A DNA stretch of 64,000 nucleotides from Candidatus Onthoplasma sp. (lineage in GTDB: Bacteria > Bacillota > Clostridia > Christensenellales > UBA1242): NCBI GenBank assembly GCA_965646995.1, contig CBFGBH010000002.1, positions 5,977 to 69,976 on the forward strand, read 5' to 3'. Below, one piece after another: positions 1-9,966 of the stretch (position 1 is the stretch's first letter; the number at the start of each line of letters is the position of its first letter). The position numbers and the translations under genes are program-made. The notes beneath the pieces were generated by a model, which was not told the DNA's origin, searched no databases, and saw only the letters and a list, made by a program, of their open reading frames with translations.

Positions 1-1380
1 GATATCTTTAGGATTAGTGCTGTAGTAATGTCATCTAATGAATGGGATAGTGGCATATTAGGAATAGTGTGCGCTCGTATTGCTGAAGAATATCATCGTC
101 CTACATTTCTTTTTAGTCAAGTACAGGATGAGTTGGTCGGTTCATGTAGAAGTGTCAATGGCGTAAATGTGCATACATTACTCAGTAGCATGCCTCATTT
201 GTTGACTAAATTCGGAGGTCATCCAATGGCGGCAGGCTTGACACTGAAAGTCGAGAATTATGATGAGTTTGTTAAACTTACCAATGATTATGTGGCAGAG
301 AATTTAGATAAATCTGATTTTCTACCGACAAAAAGTTACGAGTTTTCACTGGATGAAGCGGAAATAACATTGAAATTTGTCGAAGATATTGATAGATTAG
401 AGCCATGTGGACATATGAATTCTCGTCCGATTTTCATGTTTAAATTAAAAAACGCCTTTGTTAGCTGTTTACCTAAGCATCCACAACATTTGGTTTTATC
501 TTATCCATCTTTTAGTTTGTTGGCGTTCAATGCTAGTGATAAATATTTTGTCCTATCAGGTAATACTTCATGCAATTTACTAGCAGATTTGAATATAGAC
601 ACATTTAGAAATACTAAGAAGATTTCAGGCATTGTGAAATCAATCGACTACGAGGATATTTATAGACCAGTAGACCATGAGATAATAGAGGCAGAATATA
701 TTAAACAAATTACTTATCCACTAGAAAGTACTTATACCTTCAATAATTATAATCGTGATCAATTGATTAGGCTATTAGTTGATATGGATAAAAATGTATA
801 TGGTACACTAATAGTTGCAAATGATTATAATACCTACATTAATTTTAAAGCAATATTTGATAGCAATAATATTTTTAGAAATCGTATATTCGACATTAAT
901 GATGAAACAGGTTTAAATACAATATTGCTTGCGCCTACAGATTTTAAATCATTTAATACATTCAGTAGAATAATATTCTTAGACCCAATACTTAATATGG
1001 GGTATTTGTCAGAGCTTCATAAAAAAGCTAAATCAACAGTGTATCTACCTCATATGCCAGCAAGTGCACATTCATTATTAAATAAGATAGACTTATCTAG
1101 GCAGATATTTGGGAAATATTTTAGACTTATTCAGTTTGCTTTTGAGAATCAAATTCGTGGTTATTATTGTTATGATATGTATCACAATTTACTAGCGAAG
1201 TTGAAGGATAAAGATAATTACTCTTATTTGCAATTTTATACTTGTCTGAATGTCTTTAAAGAATTAGGGATAGTGGAGGTTAGTGATAACTTTAATGAGA
1301 TAATTAAAATTACAGATAAGAAGAATCCGCTTAATGCGAGTTCATTTTACAATAGATTAGCTACACTTAAACAAGGATAA
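1..1380 (+). CDS. recJ: Single-stranded-DNA-specific exonuclease RecJ, C-terminal part (5' end lies outside the window)
   Basis: Reading frame is open from base 1. 'GILGIVCARIAEEYHRPTFLFS' and 'GGHPMAAGLTL' match the RecJ DHHA1/C-terminal region. Confidence 0.8.
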   Translation, partial: DIFRISAVVMSSNEWDSGILGIVCARIAEEYHRPTFLFSQVQDELVGSCRSVNGVNVHTLLSSMPHLLTKFGGHPMAAGLTLKVENYDEFVKLTNDYVAENLDKSDFLPTKSYEFSLDEAEITLKFVEDIDRLEPCGHMNSRPIFMFKLKNAFVSCLPKHPQHLVLSYPSFSLLAFNASDKYFVLSGNTSCNLLADLNIDTFRNTKKISGIVKSIDYEDIYRPVDHEIIEAEYIKQITYPLESTYTFNNYNRDQLIRLLVDMDKNVYGTLIVANDYNTYINFKAIFDSNNIFRNRIFDINDETGLNTILLAPTDFKSFNTFSRIIFLDPILNMGYLSELHKKAKSTVYLPHMPASAHSLLNKIDLSRQIFGKYFRLIQFAFENQIRGYYCYDMYHNLLAKLKDKDNYSYLQFYTCLNVFKELGIVEVSDNFNEIIKITDKKNPLNASSFYNRLATLKQG

Positions 1381-1417
1381 AAGATATATACTAGATATTG
1401 TGTATATATCTTTTTTT
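1381..1417 (+). terminator. Rho-independent terminator after recJ
   Basis: AAGATATATA/TATATATCTT 10-bp stem followed by a T7 run. Confidence 0.7.
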
Positions 1418-1532
1418 ATACTCATGTATTAGAATAATAGTGTTATGCCAAAAATTAAAATAAAAATAAACAAACTTATAAATTTGTTTGCTATACATTT
1501 AAAATTTTGATATAATTTAAGCGAGGGTTAAA

Positions 1533-2225
1533 GTGCTATATTATTTATTATTCGGTAGTGATATGACAGCGGAACAAGCGGTAATTAATTTTGTAATTAC
1601 TATTATTGTTTTTGTCATCTCTTTATCTATCCATGAGTTTGCACATGCTTTATCTGCATTTAAACAAGGCGACCCTACAGCAAAACTTGCAGGTAGACTG
1701 ACACTAAACCCATTTAAACATCTAAGTCCTTCTGGATTTTTGATGTTTGTATTCTTTGGCGTAGGCTGGGCTAAACCCACACCTGTCAATCCATTGAATT
1801 TTAAAAAATATAGGTCGGGTATCCGTAAGGTGTCTTCTGCGGGTGTAATAGCTAACTTTATACTCGGTTTAATTAGTGCTGTGTTATATGCAATATTATA
1901 TTGGACTATAGGTGTTCCTAACGAGTTTATGATGTATTTATTACTAATATTGCAATATTTTATGTTAATAAATAGTTTCTTAGCGTTATTTAATATTTTA
2001 CCGATATATCCGTTAGATGGTTTTAATTTTATTACTTCATTTATGAAGACAGAGAATAAATACATCCGTTTCAATTTAAAAAACGGCAATAATATTTTAA
2101 TAGGAATTTTACTTACTAGTTTGATTATAGAAATAATTTTTGGTTTTGACTTAATTGACTTGTATTTATCGCTATTATACAATTATGTTTATATGCCGAT
2201 TACATTTATAGGGGCTTTATTCTAA
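1533..2225 (+). CDS. Site-2 protease family (peptidase M50) zinc metalloprotease
   Basis: HExxH 'HEFAHAL' inside a hydrophobic helix and a downstream 'NILPIYPLDG' motif. GAGGG RBS precedes the GTG start. Confidence 0.75.
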   Translation: MLYYLLFGSDMTAEQAVINFVITIIVFVISLSIHEFAHALSAFKQGDPTAKLAGRLTLNPFKHLSPSGFLMFVFFGVGWAKPTPVNPLNFKKYRSGIRKVSSAGVIANFILGLISAVLYAILYWTIGVPNEFMMYLLLILQYFMLINSFLALFNILPIYPLDGFNFITSFMKTENKYIRFNLKNGNNILIGILLTSLIIEIIFGFDLIDLYLSLLYNYVYMPITFIGALF

Positions 2226-2989
2226 TGGAAGAGATTGTTGATACTATTGACGAAGAATCATCTTCGCATTTAACATTTAGACTGGAGGGGTTTGAGGGTC
2301 CTCTGGATCTTTTGTTGCATCTTATCAAAGAATCAAATATGTCAATAATGGAAGTTAAATTATCAGAGATTACTGACCAATATATGAAATATATGGAGAA
2401 CATAACCGAGCTTGACATGGAAGAAGCTACCGCTTTTCTAGATATAGCCAGTAAATTATTAGAGATTAAATCTAGAAAATTGTTACCAGTAGAAGAGACG
2501 GAAGAAGAAAGTGAAGAGATTGACCCAGAGACTCAGCTTCGCATGCAGATTCAAGAATATGAGCTATTCAAAAATGCAGGTGGAGATTTACAAAAAATTG
2601 AGAATGTAGATAGATTGTATAAGCAGCCGGATAAGTCAGTGGGGGATACCCGAATAGTATTTAACCAGTTTAATTTAGATAAACTTTTAGACGCATTCGC
2701 TTTTATATTAATGCGAACGAAAGATAAAGAAAATCCGCAAGAGAAAAAGATAAATCGCGACAGATGGACGGTCGCTGATAAAATATCTTTCTTAACCAAT
2801 GTCTTAAAAGATAATAAAGAAATCAATTTCTTTAGTTTATTTGATGATACATATTCAAAGCTAGAGGTAATTACGGTATTTATGGCAATATTGGAACTTT
2901 TGAAGTTTCAAAAAATCGAGGTTGTTCAGACAGAAAGATATGCTGACATTTTAATTAAGCGCAGGGAGGAAATAGATGAATCTAAGTGA
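2225..2989 (+). CDS. scpA: Segregation and condensation protein A
   Basis: 'FRLEGFEGPLDLLLHLI' ScpA signature. Overlaps scpB by 14 nt. Confidence 0.9.
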   Translation: MEEIVDTIDEESSSHLTFRLEGFEGPLDLLLHLIKESNMSIMEVKLSEITDQYMKYMENITELDMEEATAFLDIASKLLEIKSRKLLPVEETEEESEEIDPETQLRMQIQEYELFKNAGGDLQKIENVDRLYKQPDKSVGDTRIVFNQFNLDKLLDAFAFILMRTKDKENPQEKKINRDRWTVADKISFLTNVLKDNKEINFFSLFDDTYSKLEVITVFMAILELLKFQKIEVVQTERYADILIKRREEIDESK

Positions 2990-3599
2990 AATAGCTAAAG
3001 TTATTGAAGGAGTATTATTCGTATCAGGAGAAGGTGTAGAGATAGACGAATTCAAATCAAAATATGAAATGAATGATAGAGAATTTAATAAATGTCTAGA
3101 TATATTAAAGGCTAAATACAATGAAGAAAGCGGAATAAATATCATACAATATAAGACTAAAATTCAACTATGTTCAAATCCAAAAATAGTAGATAGTATT
3201 TCTGAAATTCTTAATCCGATTAGAGAGAGAAGTTTGACAAAGGCTGCGTTGGAGACGGTGGCAATAATTGCATATAAACAGCCTGTTACGAGACTAGATA
3301 TAGAGAATATACGTGGCTCCAGTAGTGACTATGCTATACAATTATTGCAGTCAAATAATTTAATTGAAGTAGTAGGTAGAAAGGATACAGTTGGTAAGCC
3401 TTTGCTATTTGGCACGACTGAAAATTTCTTAAAACGCTTCGAGCTAAATTCCATTGATAACTTGCCTAACTATAATGAATTATTAGATAGAATACGCGTG
3501 ATACATAGCGAAGGAGATTCGTTATATAGAGAGTTCACTATTCCAGATGAGTCTACTGCACTAGAAAAAGCTGAACCTGCATCAGAATTAGCGGAATAA
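2976..3599 (+). CDS. scpB: Segregation and condensation protein B
   Basis: 'IEGVLFVSGEGV' and 'LETVAIIAYKQPVTRLDIENIRG' winged-helix pattern. Lies directly after scpA. Confidence 0.9.
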   Translation: MNLSEIAKVIEGVLFVSGEGVEIDEFKSKYEMNDREFNKCLDILKAKYNEESGINIIQYKTKIQLCSNPKIVDSISEILNPIRERSLTKAALETVAIIAYKQPVTRLDIENIRGSSSDYAIQLLQSNNLIEVVGRKDTVGKPLLFGTTENFLKRFELNSIDNLPNYNELLDRIRVIHSEGDSLYREFTIPDESTALEKAEPASELAE

Positions 3600-3658
3600 T
3601 TAAATTTAATTTTCAACTCAATTCGTATAAATACATTAAAAAAAAAGATACTACTAAT

Positions 3659-4243
3659 ATGTGGCATCTTATTTTTTTATTTCTAACTATAATGAATATT
3701 TTAAGTTTAATTTATCCGTTTTTAGTTAAGTTTGATATCCGTTTTAATATCTTAAAATTGCGGGGTTCATTCGCTTTAACGCTATTTAATAAGATTAAAA
3801 TAGATTTCAGAATAAAGATTAAAAATGGCTATATCTATATAAACCATAAAAATAAGTTACGAAAAGAGAAAATCACTAATAATAACTTCAATGTTATATT
3901 CTTCATGAATTTAATCAAACAATTATATTTTAGAGAGCAATTTTTATCTCTATATTTGAAATCAAATTTTGGGTATGTCAATGATTCATGTATTACTGCT
4001 GTAGGTTGTGGTTATATGGATGTGATAGTCAAATCATTTTTTAGTAAACTGAAAAATAACAAAAAATCATCACATATTTTTGTAGATAATGAGCCAAGAT
4101 ATAATGAAGATGTATTTAATATTAGATTAGTAAATACTATCAGAATCTCTATAGCTGATATAGTATATTCACTATTATATACATTAATATATTCATGGGG
4201 TAAATATGAAAAAAGTAGAAAATGTAAGTCTCAAAAACAATAA
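3659..4243 (+). CDS. YtfI-like sporulation membrane protein (assignment by position only)
   Basis: Hydrophobic N-terminus. Sits immediately upstream of and overlapping the ytfJ homologue, as in the Bacillus ytfI-ytfJ pair. I recognised no motif. Confidence 0.4.
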   Translation: MWHLIFLFLTIMNILSLIYPFLVKFDIRFNILKLRGSFALTLFNKIKIDFRIKIKNGYIYINHKNKLRKEKITNNNFNVIFFMNLIKQLYFREQFLSLYLKSNFGYVNDSCITAVGCGYMDVIVKSFFSKLKNNKKSSHIFVDNEPRYNEDVFNIRLVNTIRISIADIVYSLLYTLIYSWGKYEKSRKCKSQKQ

Positions 4244-4601
4244 AATAGAATCGCTTATTGATGTTTCATTGGATAAAATCAGGGGATTGATAGATGTTAA
4301 TTGTGTAGTAGGTAATGCTATTACTATGCCAGATGGTAGCGTAATAGTCCCCATTTCAAAAGTGTCTATCGGTTTTGTGGCAGGTGGTGGAGAATATAAT
4401 GACCTAAATGCAAAACGTAATTCTGCAGATTTTCCTATGGCGGGCGGTACAGGCGGTGGATTCACAGTATCCCCAATAGGATTCTTTGTTGTGAAAGATG
4501 GAAAATTTAAAATAATTCATGCAGATAAATCAACTGCATATATGGGGCTTATAAAAAATGCTACCGAAGTATTAAAACAATTTGCGGAGAAAGTGAAATG
4601 A
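4206..4601 (+). CDS. ytfJ: Sporulation protein YtfJ / GerW family
   Basis: 'VIVPISKVSIGFVAGGGEY' and 'GGTGGGFTVSPIGFFVV' are typical of the GerW/YtfJ family. Confidence 0.8.
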   Translation: MKKVENVSLKNNKIESLIDVSLDKIRGLIDVNCVVGNAITMPDGSVIVPISKVSIGFVAGGGEYNDLNAKRNSADFPMAGGTGGGFTVSPIGFFVVKDGKFKIIHADKSTAYMGLIKNATEVLKQFAEKVK

Positions 4602-5746
4602 AAATATTAAAAAAAGTTTCGGCTCTTACTTTTACTTTGGCTTTAATATGTATATTAGTACTACCAATAATGAATAGTCAGGCAAGTTATGCAGATTATA
4701 CAAGTGCAAAAGGTATGTGCGTTATTGATAAAGATAGTAAGCGCGTATTATATTCATCTAATCCAGATAGAAAATTACCGATGGCTTCGACTACTAAAGT
4801 GATGACGGCGATTACCGTCATTCAGAAATGCCAAGATTTAGAAGAGTATATTCAAGTCGATGATGATGCTGTTGGTATAGAGGGGACTTCTATATACCTT
4901 AGGAAAGGTGAATTAATAAAAGTAAAAGATTTATTATACGGCTTGATGTTAAGAAGCGGTAATGATGCTGCGACTGCATTAGCAATCCATGTTGGTGGCA
5001 GTGTAGAAGCTTTTGCAGACATGATGAATGATTTGGCGAATACAATAGGAGCAAAAAATTCACATTTTGTCAATCCACATGGTTTAGACCACCCAGAGCA
5101 TTACACTACAGCGTACGATTTGGCATTGATCAGTGCATATGCACTAAATAACCCAATATTTAAAGAGATAGTATCTACTAAATCTCATGTAATAGAAGAG
5201 ACTAATATTTCAGATAAAAGGTATTTGACGAATAAAAATCGTTTACTTAATAGTCTAGATGGTTGTTGTGGAGTTAAAACAGGATTCACTAGTAAAGCTG
5301 GTAGATGTTTGGTCAGTGCATGTGAGCATGACGATAGGACTAGCGTGTGCGTTGTATTAAATTGTGGACCAATGTTTGAAGAGAGTACAGATTTGTTGAA
5401 TTCTAGTTTTGAAGATTTTGATTATATTAAAATAATAGATAAGAATCGAGAAATCTATAATGAATATATCATTGAAGAGACGAACGGGAAACTAAATTTA
5501 TATACAAATGAAGATTTCTATTATCCAATGACTTCAAGTGAGAAAAAAGATTTGAAATTAAAATACTTTGTAAGTTTAGATGATTCTAATCCTGACGACA
5601 GTGTTGGAGAAATTCAAATATTTATCAAAAATGACTTGATTAAAACCTTAAAATTGTATACAATGAACAAGATAGATAAATTAATTGATAGCAAGACATT
5701 GCAGATTAATGAAGTACTATGGGAAGAGAATTTGAATGAGAATTAA
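4598..5746 (+). CDS. dacB: D-alanyl-D-alanine carboxypeptidase (low-MW PBP, S11 family)
   Basis: Signal peptide plus SxxK 'ASTTKVMT', SxN 'RSGND' and KTG 'VKTGFT' motifs. Confidence 0.85.
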   Translation: MKILKKVSALTFTLALICILVLPIMNSQASYADYTSAKGMCVIDKDSKRVLYSSNPDRKLPMASTTKVMTAITVIQKCQDLEEYIQVDDDAVGIEGTSIYLRKGELIKVKDLLYGLMLRSGNDAATALAIHVGGSVEAFADMMNDLANTIGAKNSHFVNPHGLDHPEHYTTAYDLALISAYALNNPIFKEIVSTKSHVIEETNISDKRYLTNKNRLLNSLDGCCGVKTGFTSKAGRCLVSACEHDDRTSVCVVLNCGPMFEESTDLLNSSFEDFDYIKIIDKNREIYNEYIIEETNGKLNLYTNEDFYYPMTSSEKKDLKLKYFVSLDDSNPDDSVGEIQIFIKNDLIKTLKLYTMNKIDKLIDSKTLQINEVLWEENLNEN

Positions 5747-6449
5747 TAAATATTTGGCTCAAGCAGGAATTGATAGCCGTAGAAAAGTTGAATCCTTAAT
5801 AATTGAAGGAAAAGTAAAAGTAAATGGAATAGTCTGTAAAGACCTGGCTACAGACATTAAACCAAATGACATAGTGATATGTGCTGGTAAAACAGTGCGT
5901 GTCGCTAATACATATGTGTATTATAAACTTCACAAGCCTAAGGGTTATGTCTCTACAGTGTCTGATGACAAGGATAGAAAGACGATTATGTCTCTCATGC
6001 GTGGAGTACATGCCAGAATCTTCCCTGTGGGCAGATTGGATTATGATACCGAAGGTCTAATACTTTTGACCAATGACGGTGAGATTACTAATATCCTGAC
6101 TAAGCCGAATAGTGAGATATCTAAAACATATATAGTGCATATAGAGAATGACATTACTAAAGACGAGATTAAAGCATTGTGTTCTGGAGTAGATATAGGA
6201 GACTATGTTACTCGTCCGTGTAGTGTAGTTTGTCAGTCAAATACAGAGAAATTGTCTAAATTAAGCGTCACTATAACAGAAGGTAAGAATAGACAAGTGC
6301 GTAGAATGTTTGAAGCAATTGGTAAAAATGTCATTTTCTTAAGGCGGGTACAGATTGGAGAGATTAGACTAGGTGGATTATCAAGGGGCGAATATGCCAC
6401 ATTAAATCCTAAAGAGATTAGATATTTAAATAGTTTAAAGAAGAGATAG
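5736..6449 (+). CDS. rluB: rRNA pseudouridine synthase, RsuA/RluB family
   Basis: S4 domain 'RINKYLAQAGIDSRRK' and catalytic 'GRLDYDTEGLILLTNDG'. Confidence 0.85.
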   Translation: MRINKYLAQAGIDSRRKVESLIIEGKVKVNGIVCKDLATDIKPNDIVICAGKTVRVANTYVYYKLHKPKGYVSTVSDDKDRKTIMSLMRGVHARIFPVGRLDYDTEGLILLTNDGEITNILTKPNSEISKTYIVHIENDITKDEIKALCSGVDIGDYVTRPCSVVCQSNTEKLSKLSVTITEGKNRQVRRMFEAIGKNVIFLRRVQIGEIRLGGLSRGEYATLNPKEIRYLNSLKKR

Positions 6450-6465
6450 ATTTCTCTTCTTTTTT
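6438..6465 (+). terminator. Rho-independent terminator after rluB
   Basis: AAGAAGAGA/TCTCTTCTT stem overlapping the stop codon, followed by a T-run. Confidence 0.75.
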
Positions 6466-6484
6466 ATATAACTATTAAAAAAAT

Positions 6485-6513
6485 TTGACTTTTTTTTAAT
6501 TTCGTTAGATAAT
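6485..6513 (+). promoter_or_regulatory. Sigma-A-type promoter for plsC
   Basis: TTGACT, 17-nt spacer, GATAAT. Confidence 0.5.
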
Positions 6514-6537
6514 ATTATTAAATTAAAAGGATTGAAT

Positions 6538-7134
6538 ATGTTTTTTTGGCTTTGCTTTATAATTTTAGCTATACCATTAGCAATCATATTTCCCGTCAAA
6601 ATAGTAGGGAAGAAACATCTAAAAGTTTTGAAGAGACAGAATTATATTATTTCATGCAATCACATGTCTAATATGGATTCACTATTATTAGATGTTAAGA
6701 TGCGTAAAAAATATAGATTTTTAGGCAAGAAAGAACTTTTTAAAAATAAATTTACCAGTGCCTGTTTGCGTGCGTTGGGTGTTATCTCTGTAGATAGAGA
6801 GCATGCAGATACTCGGGCTGTTAAAGAAATTTTTAAATTAATAGATAAGAAAAAAAATATTTGTATTTTTCCACAAGGTACGCGAGCTAAATCTCCGGTA
6901 GTAGAGGGAGAGACAGCGAAGGAAGGTGTGGCTATGTTTTCTATACGCACTAATACTCCAGTCGTGCCAATGATGTATAATAGGAAATTGCGTGCTTTTC
7001 ATAGAACTAAATTGATTATAGGAGAACCAATTTACCCAGTCGCAGAGAGAAAGAGAGATAAAGAATATTTAAAAGAATTTGCTAATCTAATCGTCACTAA
7101 GATGAATGAATTGCTAGAGGAGAATGTGAAATGA
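6538..7134 (+). CDS. plsC: 1-acyl-sn-glycerol-3-phosphate acyltransferase
   Basis: HxxxxD motif 'CNHMSNMD' and 'FPQGTR'. I prefer the ATG at 6538 (AAGGA RBS 6 nt upstream) over the TTG at 6532 in the track. Confidence 0.85.
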   Translation: MFFWLCFIILAIPLAIIFPVKIVGKKHLKVLKRQNYIISCNHMSNMDSLLLDVKMRKKYRFLGKKELFKNKFTSACLRALGVISVDREHADTRAVKEIFKLIDKKKNICIFPQGTRAKSPVVEGETAKEGVAMFSIRTNTPVVPMMYNRKLRAFHRTKLIIGEPIYPVAERKRDKEYLKEFANLIVTKMNELLEENVK

Positions 7135-8135
7135 AAATGAAAGATTTTAATATTAATATGACACAGTATAACAGAGGAGACATCATTACCGGTACTATTG
7201 TTATGATAGGAGCTAAAGAAGTAGTGGTTGCACTAGGAGGACTGAAAGAAGGCGTTTTCCCGAGAGAAGAGTTAGACTCTGCCTTTAAAATAGGAGATGC
7301 CATTCTTGTTATGGTAACTGGAGAGATAGATGATAAAGGCTGTTTAGTATTAAACCATGCTGGAGTGAATAAAGCCATTCAAGATAAAGAAAAATTAAAA
7401 AATCTCAAAGTCGGTAGTGAACTAAGTTTCAAAGTGAACAATATCAACAATTCTGGTTTGCTAGGCGAATTTATGGGCTACCGCGTGTTTTTGCCATTCT
7501 CGCAATGTACTTCAGAAGATTTCATCAATAGAGATAGTCTAATCAATCGTGAAGTGAATGTCATAGTTATTGAATTAGATAATATCAAGAAATCAATAGT
7601 TGGTAGTACCAAACTTTTATCTAATAATAGCATAGAGCCTGTAGAAATAGGAGATATTGTAGCAGGCACAATTATCAAAATAGAAGATAAGTACGCTATT
7701 GCACTTCTAAAGAATGGAGCGAAAGCTAAACTATCTATTAACGATGCTAGCTATGAGCGTATAGATAGCTTAAAATCCGTGGTAGAATTAAATAAAGAAT
7801 ATGAATTCAAAATATTAGATTGCAATACTGATTTTTCTCGTATAAGCGTGGGCTTGAAACAATTAAAGCACAATCCTAGATTTGATGCGTTTAATGAATT
7901 AAAATTAGATGATGTGGTAGAGGGAGAAGTCGCTAAAATATTACCAGCAGGAGCCGTGATTAAATTAGATAATGGCTTTTCAGCTATGGCTCTTATTAGA
8001 GATAATAGTGACAGAGCAAATGTTGCTACGCATCATATTTATAAGTTAAAATCGAGAGTCAAAGGTCGAATATCATACATTAATTATGATTCGCATAAGA
8101 TTAATTTAATAACACATGAGAAAAAAGATAAATAA
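7131..8135 (+). CDS. S1 RNA-binding domain protein (ribosomal protein S1-like, four S1 repeats)
   Basis: Repeated OB/S1 starts 'GDIITGTIV', 'GSELSFKV', 'GDIVAGTII' and 'DDVVEGEVA'. ATGA overlap with plsC. Confidence 0.8.
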   Translation: MKMKDFNINMTQYNRGDIITGTIVMIGAKEVVVALGGLKEGVFPREELDSAFKIGDAILVMVTGEIDDKGCLVLNHAGVNKAIQDKEKLKNLKVGSELSFKVNNINNSGLLGEFMGYRVFLPFSQCTSEDFINRDSLINREVNVIVIELDNIKKSIVGSTKLLSNNSIEPVEIGDIVAGTIIKIEDKYAIALLKNGAKAKLSINDASYERIDSLKSVVELNKEYEFKILDCNTDFSRISVGLKQLKHNPRFDAFNELKLDDVVEGEVAKILPAGAVIKLDNGFSAMALIRDNSDRANVATHHIYKLKSRVKGRISYINYDSHKINLITHEKKDK

Positions 8136-8138
8136 ATT

Positions 8139-8158
8139 TTGACAAATTTCGACAAATT
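8139..8158. promoter_or_regulatory. Tandem Spo0A-box-like motifs (TTGACAAAT + TTCGACAAAT)
   Basis: TTCGACA is the reverse complement of the 0A box TGTCGAA. The reverse strand reads AATTTGTCGAAATT. The same 15-mer recurs at 16165-16179. Confidence 0.45.
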
Positions 8159-8195
8159 ATTTGCTAAAATTTGGTAATTATTATAGTATTATACA

Positions 8196-9134
8196 GTGAA
8201 GAAGAAAAATACTATATTTTTTATACTTTACTGTGTAGCTATGATTGTGATTATAGCGATTATTTTGGTTGTGGGTCTAACGCTAAAGAAGCCAAATAAA
8301 GACAATTCATCAACGGAGAATAATAATACGCAATACGCTAAATCAATCAATCTAAATTGCCCTAAAGAAATCACTTTCGGACTTAATTCAAAGATAAAAC
8401 TAAAAGATAATTTTTTATCTGTTAATCCAAGTTCGATGAAATCAAAATTAACTATCGAAGTTACTAATCGTAGTGGTGAATTGACAAATGGATTAGTATT
8501 TGAAAATTTTATTGTGACAGCGAATAAGATAGGTTATTATAATCTCAAATTCTCAGTACCATCTAGTGAGTCTAGATATTTGTATGTTAATTTAGCTGTG
8601 AACGTAGTAGACGATGAGGAAGATATTAAAGTTAAACAACTAGAAAAAACACTATTAGAAGAAACGAGCGTAAATATTAACGAAATCTTTGAATTTACTT
8701 ATGCTAATCTTACTCATAATGTAGTCATAGCTGATACTGCAATTCTTAGACTAGAGAACGACAATCTATATGCAATAGGCATAGGTAGTTCAAGTGTAGC
8801 TATAACTATAAGTACAGATTATGTCGAGTATACTTATACGTTCAATATCTTAGTTAGACCGAAACCGGCCTATGAAATCAAAGTAGAAAACTCTGATATC
8901 GTGAATATTAATATACCGATATATACTATTTATTATAGGGTAGAAGATTCTAATTTTAATATAGTTAATCAAGATATTGAGGCAGAGTCGAGCGATGAGA
9001 ATATTGCAGTAATTAATTATGTTACTAATCCTACTATTCAGATACAATTCAAAACAAAAGGTATAGTAAGAATTATATTAAAATTAAAAAGTGATAATTC
9101 TATTACTAAAACTATTACTATTATCTATGAGTAA
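8196..9134 (+). CDS. Hypothetical membrane-anchored, beta-rich extracytoplasmic protein
   Basis: GTG start and an N-terminal TM helix, then beta-rich sequence. I recognised no diagnostic motif. Confidence 0.5.
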   Translation: MKKKNTIFFILYCVAMIVIIAIILVVGLTLKKPNKDNSSTENNNTQYAKSINLNCPKEITFGLNSKIKLKDNFLSVNPSSMKSKLTIEVTNRSGELTNGLVFENFIVTANKIGYYNLKFSVPSSESRYLYVNLAVNVVDDEEDIKVKQLEKTLLEETSVNINEIFEFTYANLTHNVVIADTAILRLENDNLYAIGIGSSSVAITISTDYVEYTYTFNILVRPKPAYEIKVENSDIVNINIPIYTIYYRVEDSNFNIVNQDIEAESSDENIAVINYVTNPTIQIQFKTKGIVRIILKLKSDNSITKTITIIYE

Positions 9135-9157
9135 ATAATATTTTAATATAATTATGA

Positions 9158-9192
9158 CAAAAAAGAGACCAATTAAACTTGGTCTCTTTTTG
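9158..9192. terminator. Bidirectional terminator between convergent genes
   Basis: AAAAAGAGACCA/TGGTCTCTTTTT stem flanked by A- and T-runs. Confidence 0.75.
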
Positions 9193-9209
9193 TAATATTG
9201 TCAAATATT

Positions 9210-9545
9210 TTATTTCGTCCTTATGAATACTGCTTCAAAAGTAGATTTGCCAGTATTTCTTTGCTCGTGGTACACACCTTTAGGAAATATAAAGAAATCT
9301 CCTACATTGAATTTATATTCGCCGTCTTCATCTCGGACGATACCATGACCTTTCAGTACATACATACACTCGTTGCAGTCAGGATGATTATGCCATTCAA
9401 ACATACCTCCAGCTTTTAGCCAACCATGTGTGATGCCTTGAATATTTTTTACTTCATCATTTTTAACAAACAATTTTCTAGTGCCTGCTCCGTCATGTGC
9501 TGGCTCTAAATTGATACTTTCTTTTGATTTTTTAATAACTTTCAT
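9210..9545 (-). CDS. Cupin domain protein
   Basis: 'WHNHPDCNECMYVLKGHG...YH' cupin metal-site pattern. Confidence 0.7.
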   Translation of the reverse strand: MKVIKKSKESINLEPAHDGAGTRKLFVKNDEVKNIQGITHGWLKAGGMFEWHNHPDCNECMYVLKGHGIVRDEDGEYKFNVGDFFIFPKGVYHEQRNTGKSTFEAVFIRTK

Positions 9546-9599
9546 ACTGACTCCTAAATATATTTTTAATAATTTATCTATATTGAAACTATTTTGTAT

Positions 9600-9965
9600 T
9601 TAATAATTCTGTTTGGTTGGGATGACTCCACGAACACCGCCTCGTGGATTTGGTACATCTCCGTTATATCTTGGAATAAGATGTACATGAACATGCATGA
9701 TAGATTGTCCGTCAGCTTCTCCACAATTCATGCCTATATTGTAGCCATCGGGATGATATTTTTTATCTAGCATTTTCTTAGCTTGGTCTATCAATTCAAA
9801 AATTGCAATTCGTTCTTCTTTAGTGGTCTCAAAAAATGTTTTCACATGTCTTTTAGTCACGAACTCCATGTGTCCTTTGCTCACAGGGTAGCCGTCGAAA
9901 CGACCCTTAGCGAGTTCATTTTCTAATATATAATCATCAATTTTACAGAATAAACAATCTTTCAT
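9600..9965 (-). CDS. HIT family nucleotide hydrolase/transferase
   Basis: Histidine triad 'HVHVHLIP'. N-terminal 'CLFC' zinc-type motif. Confidence 0.85.
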   Translation of the reverse strand: MKDCLFCKIDDYILENELAKGRFDGYPVSKGHMEFVTKRHVKTFFETTKEERIAIFELIDQAKKMLDKKYHPDGYNIGMNCGEADGQSIMHVHVHLIPRYNGDVPNPRGGVRGVIPTKQNY

Positions 9966-9966
9966 T

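Noticed and set aside
1541-2182. Long antisense or alternative-frame ORFs throughout the track, for example 1541-2182(-), 26633-26944(-), 27074-27457(-), 34773-35045(+), 46021-46311(+), 58457-58852(+) and 62278-62523(+).
   Set aside because: Each lies inside a well-supported gene on the opposite strand or in another frame. They have low-complexity, hydrophobic shadow composition and lack RBSs.
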